Positions 1-8,702 of a stretch of 64,000 nt of DNA are shown piece by piece; within the stretch, counting starts at the first letter, position 1; each line of letters begins with the position of its first letter. Source of the DNA: an uncultured Fibrobacterota bacterium (GTDB lineage: Bacteria; Fibrobacterota; Chitinivibrionia; Chitinivibrionales; CAYFVL01); assembly GCA_964586285.1 (NCBI GenBank), contig CAZPHU010000007.1, forward strand, positions 2,339 through 66,338, read 5' to 3'. The translations under genes were made by a program, and so were the position numbers. The notes under the pieces were generated by a model. It had not been told where the DNA came from. It made no database searches and saw only the letters and a list, made by a program, of their open reading frames with translations.

Positions 1-767
1 AGAAGACGGCTGACAATAGCCGAGCTGTTAAGCACCGATGGGCCGCTTATACCTTTATGAGTGATCAGCAGGGGGCCGCTGTATGAATGTTTAGTATTCA
101 AGCCATTAATCTTTATTAGAACATCATCTATACTTACACCCGAAAGGCGGCACAACCATTTCTCTCTGATTTTTAAAGGGACCAGTGCCGGTAATGGTTT
201 GACTACTCGATGACCGCAAATTCGTGCCAACCGATATCCATCACTGCCGCCGCCAAGAGAGGAGTATCCCAGACCACCTGAGGCGATTACTATTGCCTCG
301 CAAGGTACAGTTCCAGCAGATGTTTCCACACCGATTATTCGCTCCTGGTTGAGATGAATCGAGATTGCCTCACAAGTGGTTTTGATAGTGATTTCTCTTT
401 GTTCACACTCTCGAATCAAGGCGTGAAGAACCTCCGCCGATCTTTGGGAACGTGGATAAACAAAAGTGCCATTTTCGACAATTGTTTCTACACCCAAGGT
501 ATGGAAAAAGGCTCTCAGAGCATTCTGGTCGAATGATTTTAAAGCGGGTGACAAAAACTGATTGGATCCCGATGGGTTATACCGCCTGAGGAATTTATCC
601 ATCGGGATTAGATTCGTCAAATTGCACCTACCCCCACCGGAGGCGAGCAGTTTTTTTCCAGGGGAAGAGTTCTTTTCAAGAAGGATAGTTTCTGCCCCGG
701 CCGTTTTGGCTGCAATAGCGGCGAGAATTCCCGCTGGACCGGCGCCTATAACAACAACAGTCTTCAT
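1..767 (-). CDS. NAD(P)/FAD-dependent oxidoreductase, HI0933/BaiN-like flavoprotein (C-terminal end runs off the window)
   Basis: Minus-strand frame is open from ATG at 767-765 to position 1; it is absent from the ORF track because there is no stop in the window. My translation starts MKTVVVIGAGPAGILAAIAAKTAGAETILLEKNSSPGKKLLASGGGRCNLTN (GxGxxG fold plus GGGRCN motif) and reaches ...THKGISGPSVLNSSAIVSRL at the edge, typical of the HI0933 family. Confidence 0.8.
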   Translation of the reverse strand, partial: MKTVVVIGAGPAGILAAIAAKTAGAETILLEKNSSPGKKLLASGGGRCNLTNLIPMDKFLRRYNPSGSNQFLSPALKSFDQNALRAFFHTLGVETIVENGTFVYPRSQRSAEVLHALIRECEQREITIKTTCEAISIHLNQERIIGVETSAGTVPCEAIVIASGGLGYSSLGGGSDGYRLARICGHRVVKPLPALVPLKIREKWLCRLSGVSIDDVLIKINGLNTKHSYSGPLLITHKGISGPSVLNSSAIVSRL

Positions 768-880
768 TTTGGCTCTATGTTATGGATGTTGGAAAAAAAA
801 GATTTTAGGCCGTATCAGATAGATTCAAAATCTTATCTATAATACATCAGACAATATGAAAAGTGAGTATGCCCGCAAAA

Positions 881-1075
881 TTACAAAGTACGAGAATATT
901 TGAAGCGCCTAGGAGAGTCATCTTTTTTTCGCGTTTGAGGACCGAATAAAAATCCCGGACATATTCGGCAGGTAATAAGTTTATAAAAATCTTGATAATC
1001 AATTGCTTCTTCACCATCGTCTATATCGCTCATGGATAAACTTGCGAACTTCTGTTCATTTTCCATTCTAACCAT
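881..1075 (-). CDS. hypothetical small protein (64 aa), doubtful
   Basis: Only ORF in the 370-bp spacer between queH and the flavoprotein gene, on the same strand as its neighbours. Acidic N-terminus, no recognisable family. Confidence 0.2.
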   Translation of the reverse strand: MVRMENEQKFASLSMSDIDDGEEAIDYQDFYKLITCRICPGFLFGPQTRKKDDSPRRFKYSRTL

Positions 1076-1136
1076 AGAATATGCAACTCTTCTGAAATAC
1101 TACAGCTTAAAAATGGTAACAGGCGGATAAATATAA

Positions 1137-1700
1137 TCAAAGCCTGTTTTTTTCGCGTATGTCCCGTTCCCTTTTACTTAAGCGGCAGCCGCAATAGTCC
1201 TGTCTATAGAGTCCCAAATCTTTGCTTAATTGAAGACTTTGCAAAAAACCATTCTTTTTTTTAAAATCGTACGGTTCGTATTTGACCCCATACTCATCGG
1301 CCGCATTCTTGCCGGCCTCGTTTAGCATAGCGATTTTTTTATGTGGACTGATACTCATAACCGTTGTAAAAGTGGGCCATGCGATGGAAGCGCAGTATTT
1401 TGCTGTCATACGAAGGCGTAAAAGAAAGCACTCCATACACCGCAGGCCTCTTTCGGGGGTATGCTCAAACCCCTTAATCGCGCTTGCCCAGGACTGAGGA
1501 TCATATTCGGCGGAATAAAAACTTACCTCATAATATCCAGCGACTTTTTCGGCTTCCTCGAGTCGCTTTTTGTATTCTTCAAGAGGTTGGATATTGGGAT
1601 TACAAAAAAAGCAGTGCAGCTCGAAATCTTTTTTCAGAGAATGCACTACCCAGGCTTCATCGGGAGCACAACAGATATGTAAAAGTAGTTTTGGTTTCAT
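1137..1700 (-). CDS. queH: epoxyqueuosine reductase QueH (DUF208 family)
   Basis: 187 aa. N-terminal LLLHICCAP motif, internal RCMECF (CxxC) and C-terminal DYCGC motif in DUF208/QueH-like order and spacing. Confidence 0.8.
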   Translation of the reverse strand: MKPKLLLHICCAPDEAWVVHSLKKDFELHCFFCNPNIQPLEEYKKRLEEAEKVAGYYEVSFYSAEYDPQSWASAIKGFEHTPERGLRCMECFLLRLRMTAKYCASIAWPTFTTVMSISPHKKIAMLNEAGKNAADEYGVKYEPYDFKKKNGFLQSLQLSKDLGLYRQDYCGCRLSKRERDIREKNRL

Positions 1701-1723
1701 GACGTGTAATTATCCTGTGATTT

Positions 1724-3286
1724 TCAGTAAGCGTGTTGCTGTTGATCTGTATGTGCTCTTCGGCGCAGAAACCGGATGGTTATTCTCCCTATGATCAGTG
1801 CTGTAACCAATGCCGCTGATAAAGCCCCCGCAATTCGTATATCGAAAACAAAAAGAATCATCGCCAGTAAGAGCACCGTAACGGCAATCGCGGCTAAGGT
1901 GAGAAATTTGCGCAAGTAAAGGGAAAACAAGAAGTTTCGGAATTCAGTAGGCTTCTGTCCATAAAATCTCAGAAAACGTAGACTCTCCTGGTTCCATTTG
2001 CCTCTAAGACCTTTATGATGGCAAAATGACAGCATCACGTCATTCCATCCTTTTCGTTCCACATAGTGTCTCAAGAACGGTAAAGTATATGAAATATGTC
2101 CTCTGTTAAGCATTATGTCTACCATGGGTGGTATAAGTTCATTTTCTCCGGGCATGCTTTTGTATGCAAGATGAAGATAGCCGAAGGCTTTGAGAGATTG
2201 ATTGTTTTCCTGATAATAATCTGCAAGAAACCAGTAATCCTCCATGCAGTATGGCTGTTCCTGCTTTATGACCTTTTGAACCATTGAGAGCATTTTATCA
2301 TATTCTTGGGCTTGACGAAGGTGGTGGTAAAAATCACGCATAATCTCGGGATTTTCAGGCTCAAGCGATAGTGCTGATTCGAAGCATTCACCTGCCTGAA
2401 AATTATCATTCAATTCGGAATACGAGATAGCCTTTACCCTGTGAGCCTCTGCGTCTACAGGAGAAATGTCTAAAGCTTTATCCGCTGCTTCCAGAGCCAG
2501 TTCGGGACGACTGCTGTTAAGATAGACATATGATAGGTCAACGTATCCTACCGGAGAATTGGGAAACAGACGGATCGTTTTACGAGCAATGTCCTCGGCT
2601 TCCTCTACCTGGTTGTCCTGTGAGAGGCAAAACACCAGCCTCGATAATGATTTGATATTATTGGGTGAAAGTTTCAGATGCTTTTGGTACAATTCGATAC
2701 TTTTTTTTGTTTCTCCGCGAATGATATAATGGTCAGCCAAAAGATCCCGTACTTCATCAAAAGTGGGCTGGATATGAAGTGCCTGTGCGAAACACTCCCG
2801 TGCACGGTCCTGATTGCCGTAACGTTCATATGCTATACCCGCATTGCGAAGCGCTTCAGGATTGTCCTCCAGCTTATCGTTGTTCTCCTCAAAACAGGCG
2901 ATTGCTTTTTCAAATTCGCTCAGTTCTGTGTAGTACCATATGAGTGCATTTAAAACCAATTCGTTACGTGGGTATATCCGCTGAGCCTTGTTGAGAAATC
3001 TTCCTGCTTTCCGGATTTGATTTGTTTGAATATACGCATAAAACAATCCCAAGAGGCAGTCCAAATTGTTTTTGTCTAATCTAAGTGCCTTATATAGATA
3101 ATCGACGGCTCTTTCAGGATCATTATCTTCGGAGTATACACGGGAATACAGAAAGAAGATTTCCCATTCTCCTCCGTAGACATCGACGTACTTATCCAAT
3201 AACTCCTTGGCATCCTCATAGAGGCCAATTTCCAGGCATTCCTGAACACGTTCAATGAGGTCAGTCAAATCGAGCCAATTTTCCAT
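1724..3286 (-). CDS. tetratricopeptide-repeat protein with C-terminal transmembrane anchor
   Basis: 520 aa. Repeated A/Y/L-rich 34-aa helical-pair pattern through the first ~400 aa. Two hydrophobic helices near the C-terminus (LTLAAIAVTVLLLAMILFVF, AGALSAALVTALIIG). Confidence 0.7.
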   Translation of the reverse strand: MENWLDLTDLIERVQECLEIGLYEDAKELLDKYVDVYGGEWEIFFLYSRVYSEDNDPERAVDYLYKALRLDKNNLDCLLGLFYAYIQTNQIRKAGRFLNKAQRIYPRNELVLNALIWYYTELSEFEKAIACFEENNDKLEDNPEALRNAGIAYERYGNQDRARECFAQALHIQPTFDEVRDLLADHYIIRGETKKSIELYQKHLKLSPNNIKSLSRLVFCLSQDNQVEEAEDIARKTIRLFPNSPVGYVDLSYVYLNSSRPELALEAADKALDISPVDAEAHRVKAISYSELNDNFQAGECFESALSLEPENPEIMRDFYHHLRQAQEYDKMLSMVQKVIKQEQPYCMEDYWFLADYYQENNQSLKAFGYLHLAYKSMPGENELIPPMVDIMLNRGHISYTLPFLRHYVERKGWNDVMLSFCHHKGLRGKWNQESLRFLRFYGQKPTEFRNFLFSLYLRKFLTLAAIAVTVLLLAMILFVFDIRIAGALSAALVTALIIGRITIRFLRRRAHTDQQQHAY

Positions 3287-3428
3287 TGCAAAATATTCCG
3301 TTCAGAAAATGTTCCATCGATCAGTGGGGATACCGATTGTTATCGATACTTCCCGGACAAGCTGTCAATATAATCGAAACCGCTCTTATATTACTTGTGT
3401 TGATGTAATAAATATGCTAAACAGACTC

Positions 3429-3899
3429 TCAAAGTTCAAATGTTGGTTGTCTTTTTTTCGATTCATCTGCTGAGTAGATTATTCGCGGCGGGAAAAGCCG
3501 GTTTATAATTTGATCCAAAAAAGCGACACACGTTAAACCCCAAATAAGTGCTCCCACCCCGCTGAGAACGGCAAGAGAAGAATTTGATTGTTGGGGTGAC
3601 AGAAATTGCCAGGCGAGCATAACACATAATGCATTTAGTAGAGGAAAACCGAACAGAACTATTGCCGAAAAAACTTCATTTATTCTAAGCCGTCTAACTA
3701 TAATTTTTCGACCGGTTTCATAATGCTCGGTGCGCGGAATTTTTATAGTGATTTTCGGGACGGTTCTTTCGGCGCCGCATCCAGAACAGTTTTTACAACC
3801 ACCACTGGATGTGCAGCTCTCCGGAAAAACAACTTGTATACCCCGGGAATCTTTTCCAACAACTATACCGTTACTGTTTTCAAAAGCGATCAGTGCCAT
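3429..3899 (-). CDS. RseC/MucC-family protein (SoxR-reducing system component-like)
   Basis: 156 aa. N-terminal soluble part with Cys cluster CKNCSGCGA, followed by two transmembrane helices; architecture typical of the RseC family. Confidence 0.65.
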   Translation of the reverse strand: MALIAFENSNGIVVGKDSRGIQVVFPESCTSSGGCKNCSGCGAERTVPKITIKIPRTEHYETGRKIIVRRLRINEVFSAIVLFGFPLLNALCVMLAWQFLSPQQSNSSLAVLSGVGALIWGLTCVAFLDQIINRLFPPRIIYSADESKKRQPTFEL

Positions 3900-3937
3900 T
3901 CTACTTTACCTCTTAATTAACCCAAAAAATAGGCGAT

Positions 3938-4090
3938 TCTCTCTGGGGACTCTTGGATTAATCAATCTTGGAATTGCTTCCGAGGGTGTTATACGCGATT
4001 GCTTAAATCCTTACGGTCTCAGGATATGGCGCATCCTCCGTTCAGAATCGCTCACTTCAGGTGAAAGTACCGAATCAAACCGAGCGGTTT
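3938..4090 (-). repeat. unclassified conserved noncoding element, copy A (paralog of 36795-36957)
   Basis: The 120-nt core 3944-4063 aligns by hand with 36801-36921 at about 83 of 123 columns (~67% identity, 4 short gaps). Indels are not multiples of 3 and copy A has stops in its minus-strand frames, so it is not a shared ORF. It lies in the 224-bp spacer between the alr stop and the RseC-like start. Confidence 0.6.
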
Positions 4091-4123
4091 TCAGAAGTAT
4101 GGTGATTGAAGCATCAATGCTAT

Positions 4124-5278
4124 TTAATACAAGTGCCCCTTCGTTGTTTCTATAATCTGCTGATCAAGCCAATAGTGTCGATCGATACAGCTACTCATGC
4201 CGCATAAAATTTCATATCCTATTGTAGAGCATATACGGGCAACCTCATCCGGTGAAATTTCGGCCCCCTGCTGCCTTCCCCAGGCAACTACTTCGTCGCC
4301 CACAGAAACTGGGGAGTCTCCAACATCAACCATGATATAATCCATGGTCACGCTGCCGGCAATCGGATAGCGTTTGCCGTTGATAAGTACTTCTCCTTTG
4401 TTACTCAGAAGTCGAGGTAGTCCGTGGGCATAACCCAATGCAACCGTGGCAATGGAAGTCTCACCAGGTGCTCGATAGTGTGCTCCATAGCTTATTGGGG
4501 TTCCTCGGGAAACTCGCTTTATTTTTACCACCTCGCTTTTTAATGAAGCAATCGGGCGTAGATATATTCCGAATTTTTGCTCGGGATCGGGCTTGCAGCC
4601 ATAAAGAGCAATTCCAGGCCTGATCATTTGGGCTGAGGGTATATCAAAACGAAGCGTCGCGGCGCTGTTTGGGGAATGAATATAGCGAGGAGTTAAACCC
4701 GATTCAGTTAGCTTATCAAGTGCGGTTTGGAACAAATCGGACTGTTTTTTAACCGTTTCGGTCCGAGGCTCATCAGCGCAGGCAAAATGGGTGAATACGC
4801 CCTCAAGCACGACTGAAGAGGCGTTCCTTTTTAGTAGAGAAATTGTCTCATCGAGCTGATTTATACTTATTCCCAAGCGCCCCATTCCGGTATCTACATT
4901 CATATGTAGTAATAAGGTATTTACACGTGATGAATCCAAGAGCTTACTCTTCAATTCAGACCAATCATTTATCGCAAGGTGTACGCTGTTTAGAGCCGCC
5001 CAGGAAATTTCTTCTTCGGTGGCATTTCCAAGGCAGAGGATGGGGGAGTGGATGTTTGCCTTGCGCAAATCTAATGCTTCATTCATGCGCGCTACCGCGA
5101 AAAAGCTTACACCTGCATTTTCAAGGACACGTGCTATGGGGCGTGCCCCGCAACCGTATGCACAATCCTTCACTACAGCCATTATTTGGGTATCGTTTGG
5201 AATACGAGCGCGGATTTGACCCAAATTATACAACAGGTCATCCAGATTTATATCTATACGGGGCCGTGCGGTAAACAT
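4124..5278 (-). CDS. alr: alanine racemase
   Basis: 384 aa. AVVKDCAYGCG (PLP-lysine motif region), RPGIALYG, ISYG, GYAHG and MDYIMVDV motifs in canonical Alr order. Confidence 0.9.
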   Translation of the reverse strand: MFTARPRIDINLDDLLYNLGQIRARIPNDTQIMAVVKDCAYGCGARPIARVLENAGVSFFAVARMNEALDLRKANIHSPILCLGNATEEEISWAALNSVHLAINDWSELKSKLLDSSRVNTLLLHMNVDTGMGRLGISINQLDETISLLKRNASSVVLEGVFTHFACADEPRTETVKKQSDLFQTALDKLTESGLTPRYIHSPNSAATLRFDIPSAQMIRPGIALYGCKPDPEQKFGIYLRPIASLKSEVVKIKRVSRGTPISYGAHYRAPGETSIATVALGYAHGLPRLLSNKGEVLINGKRYPIAGSVTMDYIMVDVGDSPVSVGDEVVAWGRQQGAEISPDEVARICSTIGYEILCGMSSCIDRHYWLDQQIIETTKGHLY

Positions 5279-5288
5279 CTCTAATCTT

Positions 5289-5648
5289 CTACTCTTCTAT
5301 GTTTTTTCCTACAACTTCCCACTCATCTCCGTTGTCTCGCCGGAAGAAACATGATATATAACCTTTATGACATGCTCCGCCGGTTTGGTTTATCTTAAAT
5401 AAAAGTGCGTCACCGTCACAATCTATATAGGCTTCCTTCACTTTTTGAATGTGTCCGGAAGTTTCTCCTTTAAGCCATCTCTTTTGCCTGCTTCGGCTCC
5501 AATAAACCATGGTTCCGGTTTCTAAAGTTTCAGCCAGAGTATCTTTGTTCATGTAAGCCAACATCAAAACTTCGCCGGTATTCGCATCTTGCGCTACAGC
5601 AGTAACCAAACCTTTGTCGTCAAACTTAACCGAATCAATCAAACTCAT
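5289..5648 (-). CDS. hisI: phosphoribosyl-AMP cyclohydrolase (monofunctional HisI)
   Basis: 119 aa. [35 protein letters not shown] and DCDGDALL motifs typical of HisI. Confidence 0.9.
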   Translation of the reverse strand: MSLIDSVKFDDKGLVTAVAQDANTGEVLMLAYMNKDTLAETLETGTMVYWSRSRQKRWLKGETSGHIQKVKEAYIDCDGDALLFKINQTGGACHKGYISCFFRRDNGDEWEVVGKNIEE

Positions 5649-5684
5649 GATATCGTATTCTCCTTATGTTTTTAACTGATTGAT

Positions 5685-6950
5685 CTATTCTCTTATCTGC
5701 CCTCTGCCGGCAACCACCCATTTGTAAGTCGTCAAATCTTCCACTCCCATGGGCCCGCGTGCGTGAAGTTTATCAGTCGATATGCCTATCTCACAACCCA
5801 TCCCATATTCACCACCATCTGAAAAACGAGTGCTGGCGTTGTGCATCACGGAAGAAGAATCAACCTTTTTTAAAAATTGCTTGATTTCTTCCTTCGACTC
5901 ACTTACAATCGATTCCGTGTGGCGAGAACCATATGTGTTTATATGGTCAATTGCTTCATCCAGAGACGAAACCGCACGAACAGCCAGACGTAAATCCAAA
6001 TATTCGGCTTCCCAATCTTTTGTGGTTGCTCGTTTTATTCTTTTATCCAACTTCTTTATTTGCTGATCTCCGTAAATTGTGACCCCTTCATCGAGTAACG
6101 CCTGGATTATACTTTGTTGATCCGAATGTTTGAGACCTGAATCGATTAGAAGGGTTTCCATTGCATTACACACACCAGGGCGCTGAACTTTTGCATTCAC
6201 AGCAATAGGAACGGCTTTCACCATATCGGCGTGCCTGGAAATAAACACATGGCAAACACCCTTGTAGTGTTTAATAACGGGTATATGGGATTTTTCCACT
6301 ACCATCTTTATTAATCCTTCACCCCCTCTGGGAATAATCAGGTCGATGTGGTCACTTTTTGTCAAAAGAAGTGAAATGGCTTCGCGATCTGTAGTGGGGA
6401 TGAGTTGAACAGCCTGAGCTGGAAGTCCCGCTTCGCTAAGCGCCTCGGAAAAGAGTGATGCCAATGCGTTATTGGAATGGAACGCCTCGGATCCTCCACG
6501 TAAGATAACTGCATTTTGAGATTTCAGACAAATCGCGGCGGCGTCTACAGTAACGTTTGGTCTTGATTCATAAATTATCCCAATCACTCCTATTGGTACC
6601 TTGACCTTATATATACTCAATTTGTTGGGCCTTGTACGTTGATCGAAACGAGTTCCAACCGGACTCTTTATCTGTGCGACCTCTTTCAGTCCGCTTATCA
6701 TTGAATCGATTGTTTTATTCGACAATGTCAGACGGTCGATCATGGCGGATGATAATCCCTTTGAGCGTGCAGCTTGAAGATCTTTTTCGTTTTCCTTTTG
6801 CAGTTGTGCTCTTTGAGAGCGAAGAAGTTTTGCCATGGTCCGCAATGCTTTATTGACTGCACCTGGGGATACATCTACAAGCTCTACGGCTGCTTTGCGT
6901 GCATTTTTCGTGATAGTATCGATTTTTTTTGGCAAAGATCGTGCTGCCAT
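5685..6950 (-). CDS. proA: glutamate-5-semialdehyde dehydrogenase
   Basis: 421 aa. Full-length resemblance to ProA (IYESRPNVTVDAA, RGGSEA, NAKVQRPGVCNAMETLL, HTESIV, NASTRFSDG). Confidence 0.95.
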   Translation of the reverse strand: MAARSLPKKIDTITKNARKAAVELVDVSPGAVNKALRTMAKLLRSQRAQLQKENEKDLQAARSKGLSSAMIDRLTLSNKTIDSMISGLKEVAQIKSPVGTRFDQRTRPNKLSIYKVKVPIGVIGIIYESRPNVTVDAAAICLKSQNAVILRGGSEAFHSNNALASLFSEALSEAGLPAQAVQLIPTTDREAISLLLTKSDHIDLIIPRGGEGLIKMVVEKSHIPVIKHYKGVCHVFISRHADMVKAVPIAVNAKVQRPGVCNAMETLLIDSGLKHSDQQSIIQALLDEGVTIYGDQQIKKLDKRIKRATTKDWEAEYLDLRLAVRAVSSLDEAIDHINTYGSRHTESIVSESKEEIKQFLKKVDSSSVMHNASTRFSDGGEYGMGCEIGISTDKLHARGPMGVEDLTTYKWVVAGRGQIRE

Positions 6951-6991
6951 ATCTCTTACCTTTCTTCTTTACTCGAATATATTCACTTGTA

Positions 6992-8158
6992 CTATCTTAT
7001 AATTACCAGATTGTCACGATGAATGATCTCGTCGAAAGTTTTCTGTCCTAGAATCGAGGCAATCTCCGAACTTTTTCGGCCCATTATGCGAGAGATATCG
7101 GCTGCCGAGTAATTGGATAATCCACGTCCAATCTTGTCTCCTTCTTCCGATAATATATCCACCATATCTCCCACCTTAAAATTGCCGTCCACAAACTTTA
7201 CACCAGCCGGCAGTAAACTTTTCCCCTTCTCCCTAAGTGCCGCACCGGCACCACAATCGATAGTGATTCGTCCGTGTGATTTGCTTGTATAGGCAATCCA
7301 TCTGTCTTTAGAGCACATCTTTTCCTTTGACGGCAGAAATAGGGTGCCCGCAGTGGGTACTCTTAAAACATAAGCAAGTCCTTTGGTGAAACCGTCACCG
7401 ATTAGCGCATGAATTCCGGTTCGCGTAACCATTTCGGCTGCACGAAGCTTGGTAACCATACCTCCGACACCCTCCAGACTACCCCGAGAATCGGCCAGCT
7501 TGTGAATCGCCGATGATATTTTTTTTACCAAAGGGATATGTCGGGCCTGCGTATTGAGTTTGGGGTTTGCATCATAAAGACCGTTGATATCGGTGAGGTT
7601 AACAAACAAATCGGCACCCACAAGCATGGCAATTTGCGCTCCAAGAGTGTCATTATCGCCGAATCGTATCTCCTCAATGCCGACCGAATCGTTCTCATTA
7701 ACAATCGGAACGGAACCGTTTTCCAGCAACATAAACATAGTGTTGCGAAGGTTCAGATATCGTTTTTTAACCCGCAAATCGTCCCAGGTGAGTAATACTT
7801 GACCTATCAGTGTTTTATGCTGTGCGAAAAGAGTTTCATACATATGCATAAGACGTATTTGACCGATACTTGCACATGCCTGCTGCATGGGAATGGTCTG
7901 TGGTCTTTTGTCTAACTGGAGAGCACGCATGCCGTGGGCAATAGCCCCAGAGGAGACTAATACAACTTTAATTCCCAGGTTTCGCAATTTAACTATATCA
8001 TCAACCAGTGACCGAATCCGTTTCATCCGCTCGATCTCTTCATCAGCTGTAAGGATGCGGCTACCAACTTTAACGACAATTGTATGCAGAGAGGGGAGTT
8101 CCTCACGTACTGGCGAGATAGAATCTATCACATTCTGATAATCAGCGCAACTGGTCAA
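6992..8158 (-). CDS. proB: glutamate 5-kinase with C-terminal PUA domain
   Basis: 388 aa. VVKVGSRIL, VLVSSGAI, NENDSV, GDNDTLGA and GGMVTKL motifs plus a PUA-like C-terminus. TTG start at 8158 overlaps the upstream gene by 17 nt. Confidence 0.95.
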   Translation of the reverse strand: MTSCADYQNVIDSISPVREELPSLHTIVVKVGSRILTADEEIERMKRIRSLVDDIVKLRNLGIKVVLVSSGAIAHGMRALQLDKRPQTIPMQQACASIGQIRLMHMYETLFAQHKTLIGQVLLTWDDLRVKKRYLNLRNTMFMLLENGSVPIVNENDSVGIEEIRFGDNDTLGAQIAMLVGADLFVNLTDINGLYDANPKLNTQARHIPLVKKISSAIHKLADSRGSLEGVGGMVTKLRAAEMVTRTGIHALIGDGFTKGLAYVLRVPTAGTLFLPSKEKMCSKDRWIAYTSKSHGRITIDCGAGAALREKGKSLLPAGVKFVDGNFKVGDMVDILSEEGDKIGRGLSNYSAADISRIMGRKSSEIASILGQKTFDEIIHRDNLVIIR

Positions 8159-8702
8159 TTTCCTCTATCAGCCCTTCTAGAATTCTGATTCTACTTTTTA
8201 GTGTATCGTTTCGAGATTCGCATTGAATAAGTGTTTCCTGAAGCTTCTCATTGGTTTGGAAGATCGAATCCTGTCGAATTTGAAACTTTGTGAGTTCATT
8301 GGTTTTTCCGTGAAACTGTTTATCAAAATCCCTCAATACCGTAAGGATCCGAATCCAATTATTCACTACTTCAATTTGGTCTCCTTGAGGGTATCTGGCT
8401 TGATAGAGTTTGAATTCGCGCAAAGCGGCCGAATAGTCGGCGAATGGGTTTTCAAAATATATATTGAGATATCCCATGGAGAACTGAGCTCTTGCTCCAG
8501 TTGCGGTATTTTGATATTCATCTCTGATTTTAGCATATTTTAGTTTGGCATATTCGTAGCTGCCTGCATCAAACAACGAATCCGCTTGCACAAGCAGCTG
8601 TTTTTCATAGCTATAATGGGATACTTTCACGTTCGAGGCACATCCCCATAGAAATATGAATAGCAGCTGAAATGAAAAAAAACGTACAAACTTAACCATC
8701 AT
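8142..8702 (-). CDS. lipoprotein, TPR-like (BamD/YbgF-like) N-terminal half and coiled-coil C-terminal half
   Basis: 186 aa. Signal peptide with lipobox (FIFLWGC). Helical-repeat region, then a heptad-like C-terminus. Overlaps both neighbours (11 nt and 17 nt), suggesting translational coupling. Confidence 0.6.
   Translation of the reverse strand: MMVKFVRFFSFQLLFIFLWGCASNVKVSHYSYEKQLLVQADSLFDAGSYEYAKLKYAKIRDEYQNTATGARAQFSMGYLNIYFENPFADYSAALREFKLYQARYPQGDQIEVVNNWIRILTVLRDFDKQFHGKTNELTKFQIRQDSIFQTNEKLQETLIQCESRNDTLKSRIRILEGLIEEIDQLR

Noticed and set aside
3730-4155. 141-aa plus-strand ORF spanning the alr / RseC-like spacer
   Set aside because: It is antisense to the RseC-like gene over its first half, has no RBS or family resemblance, and overlaps the conserved noncoding element, which is not conserved at the amino-acid level.
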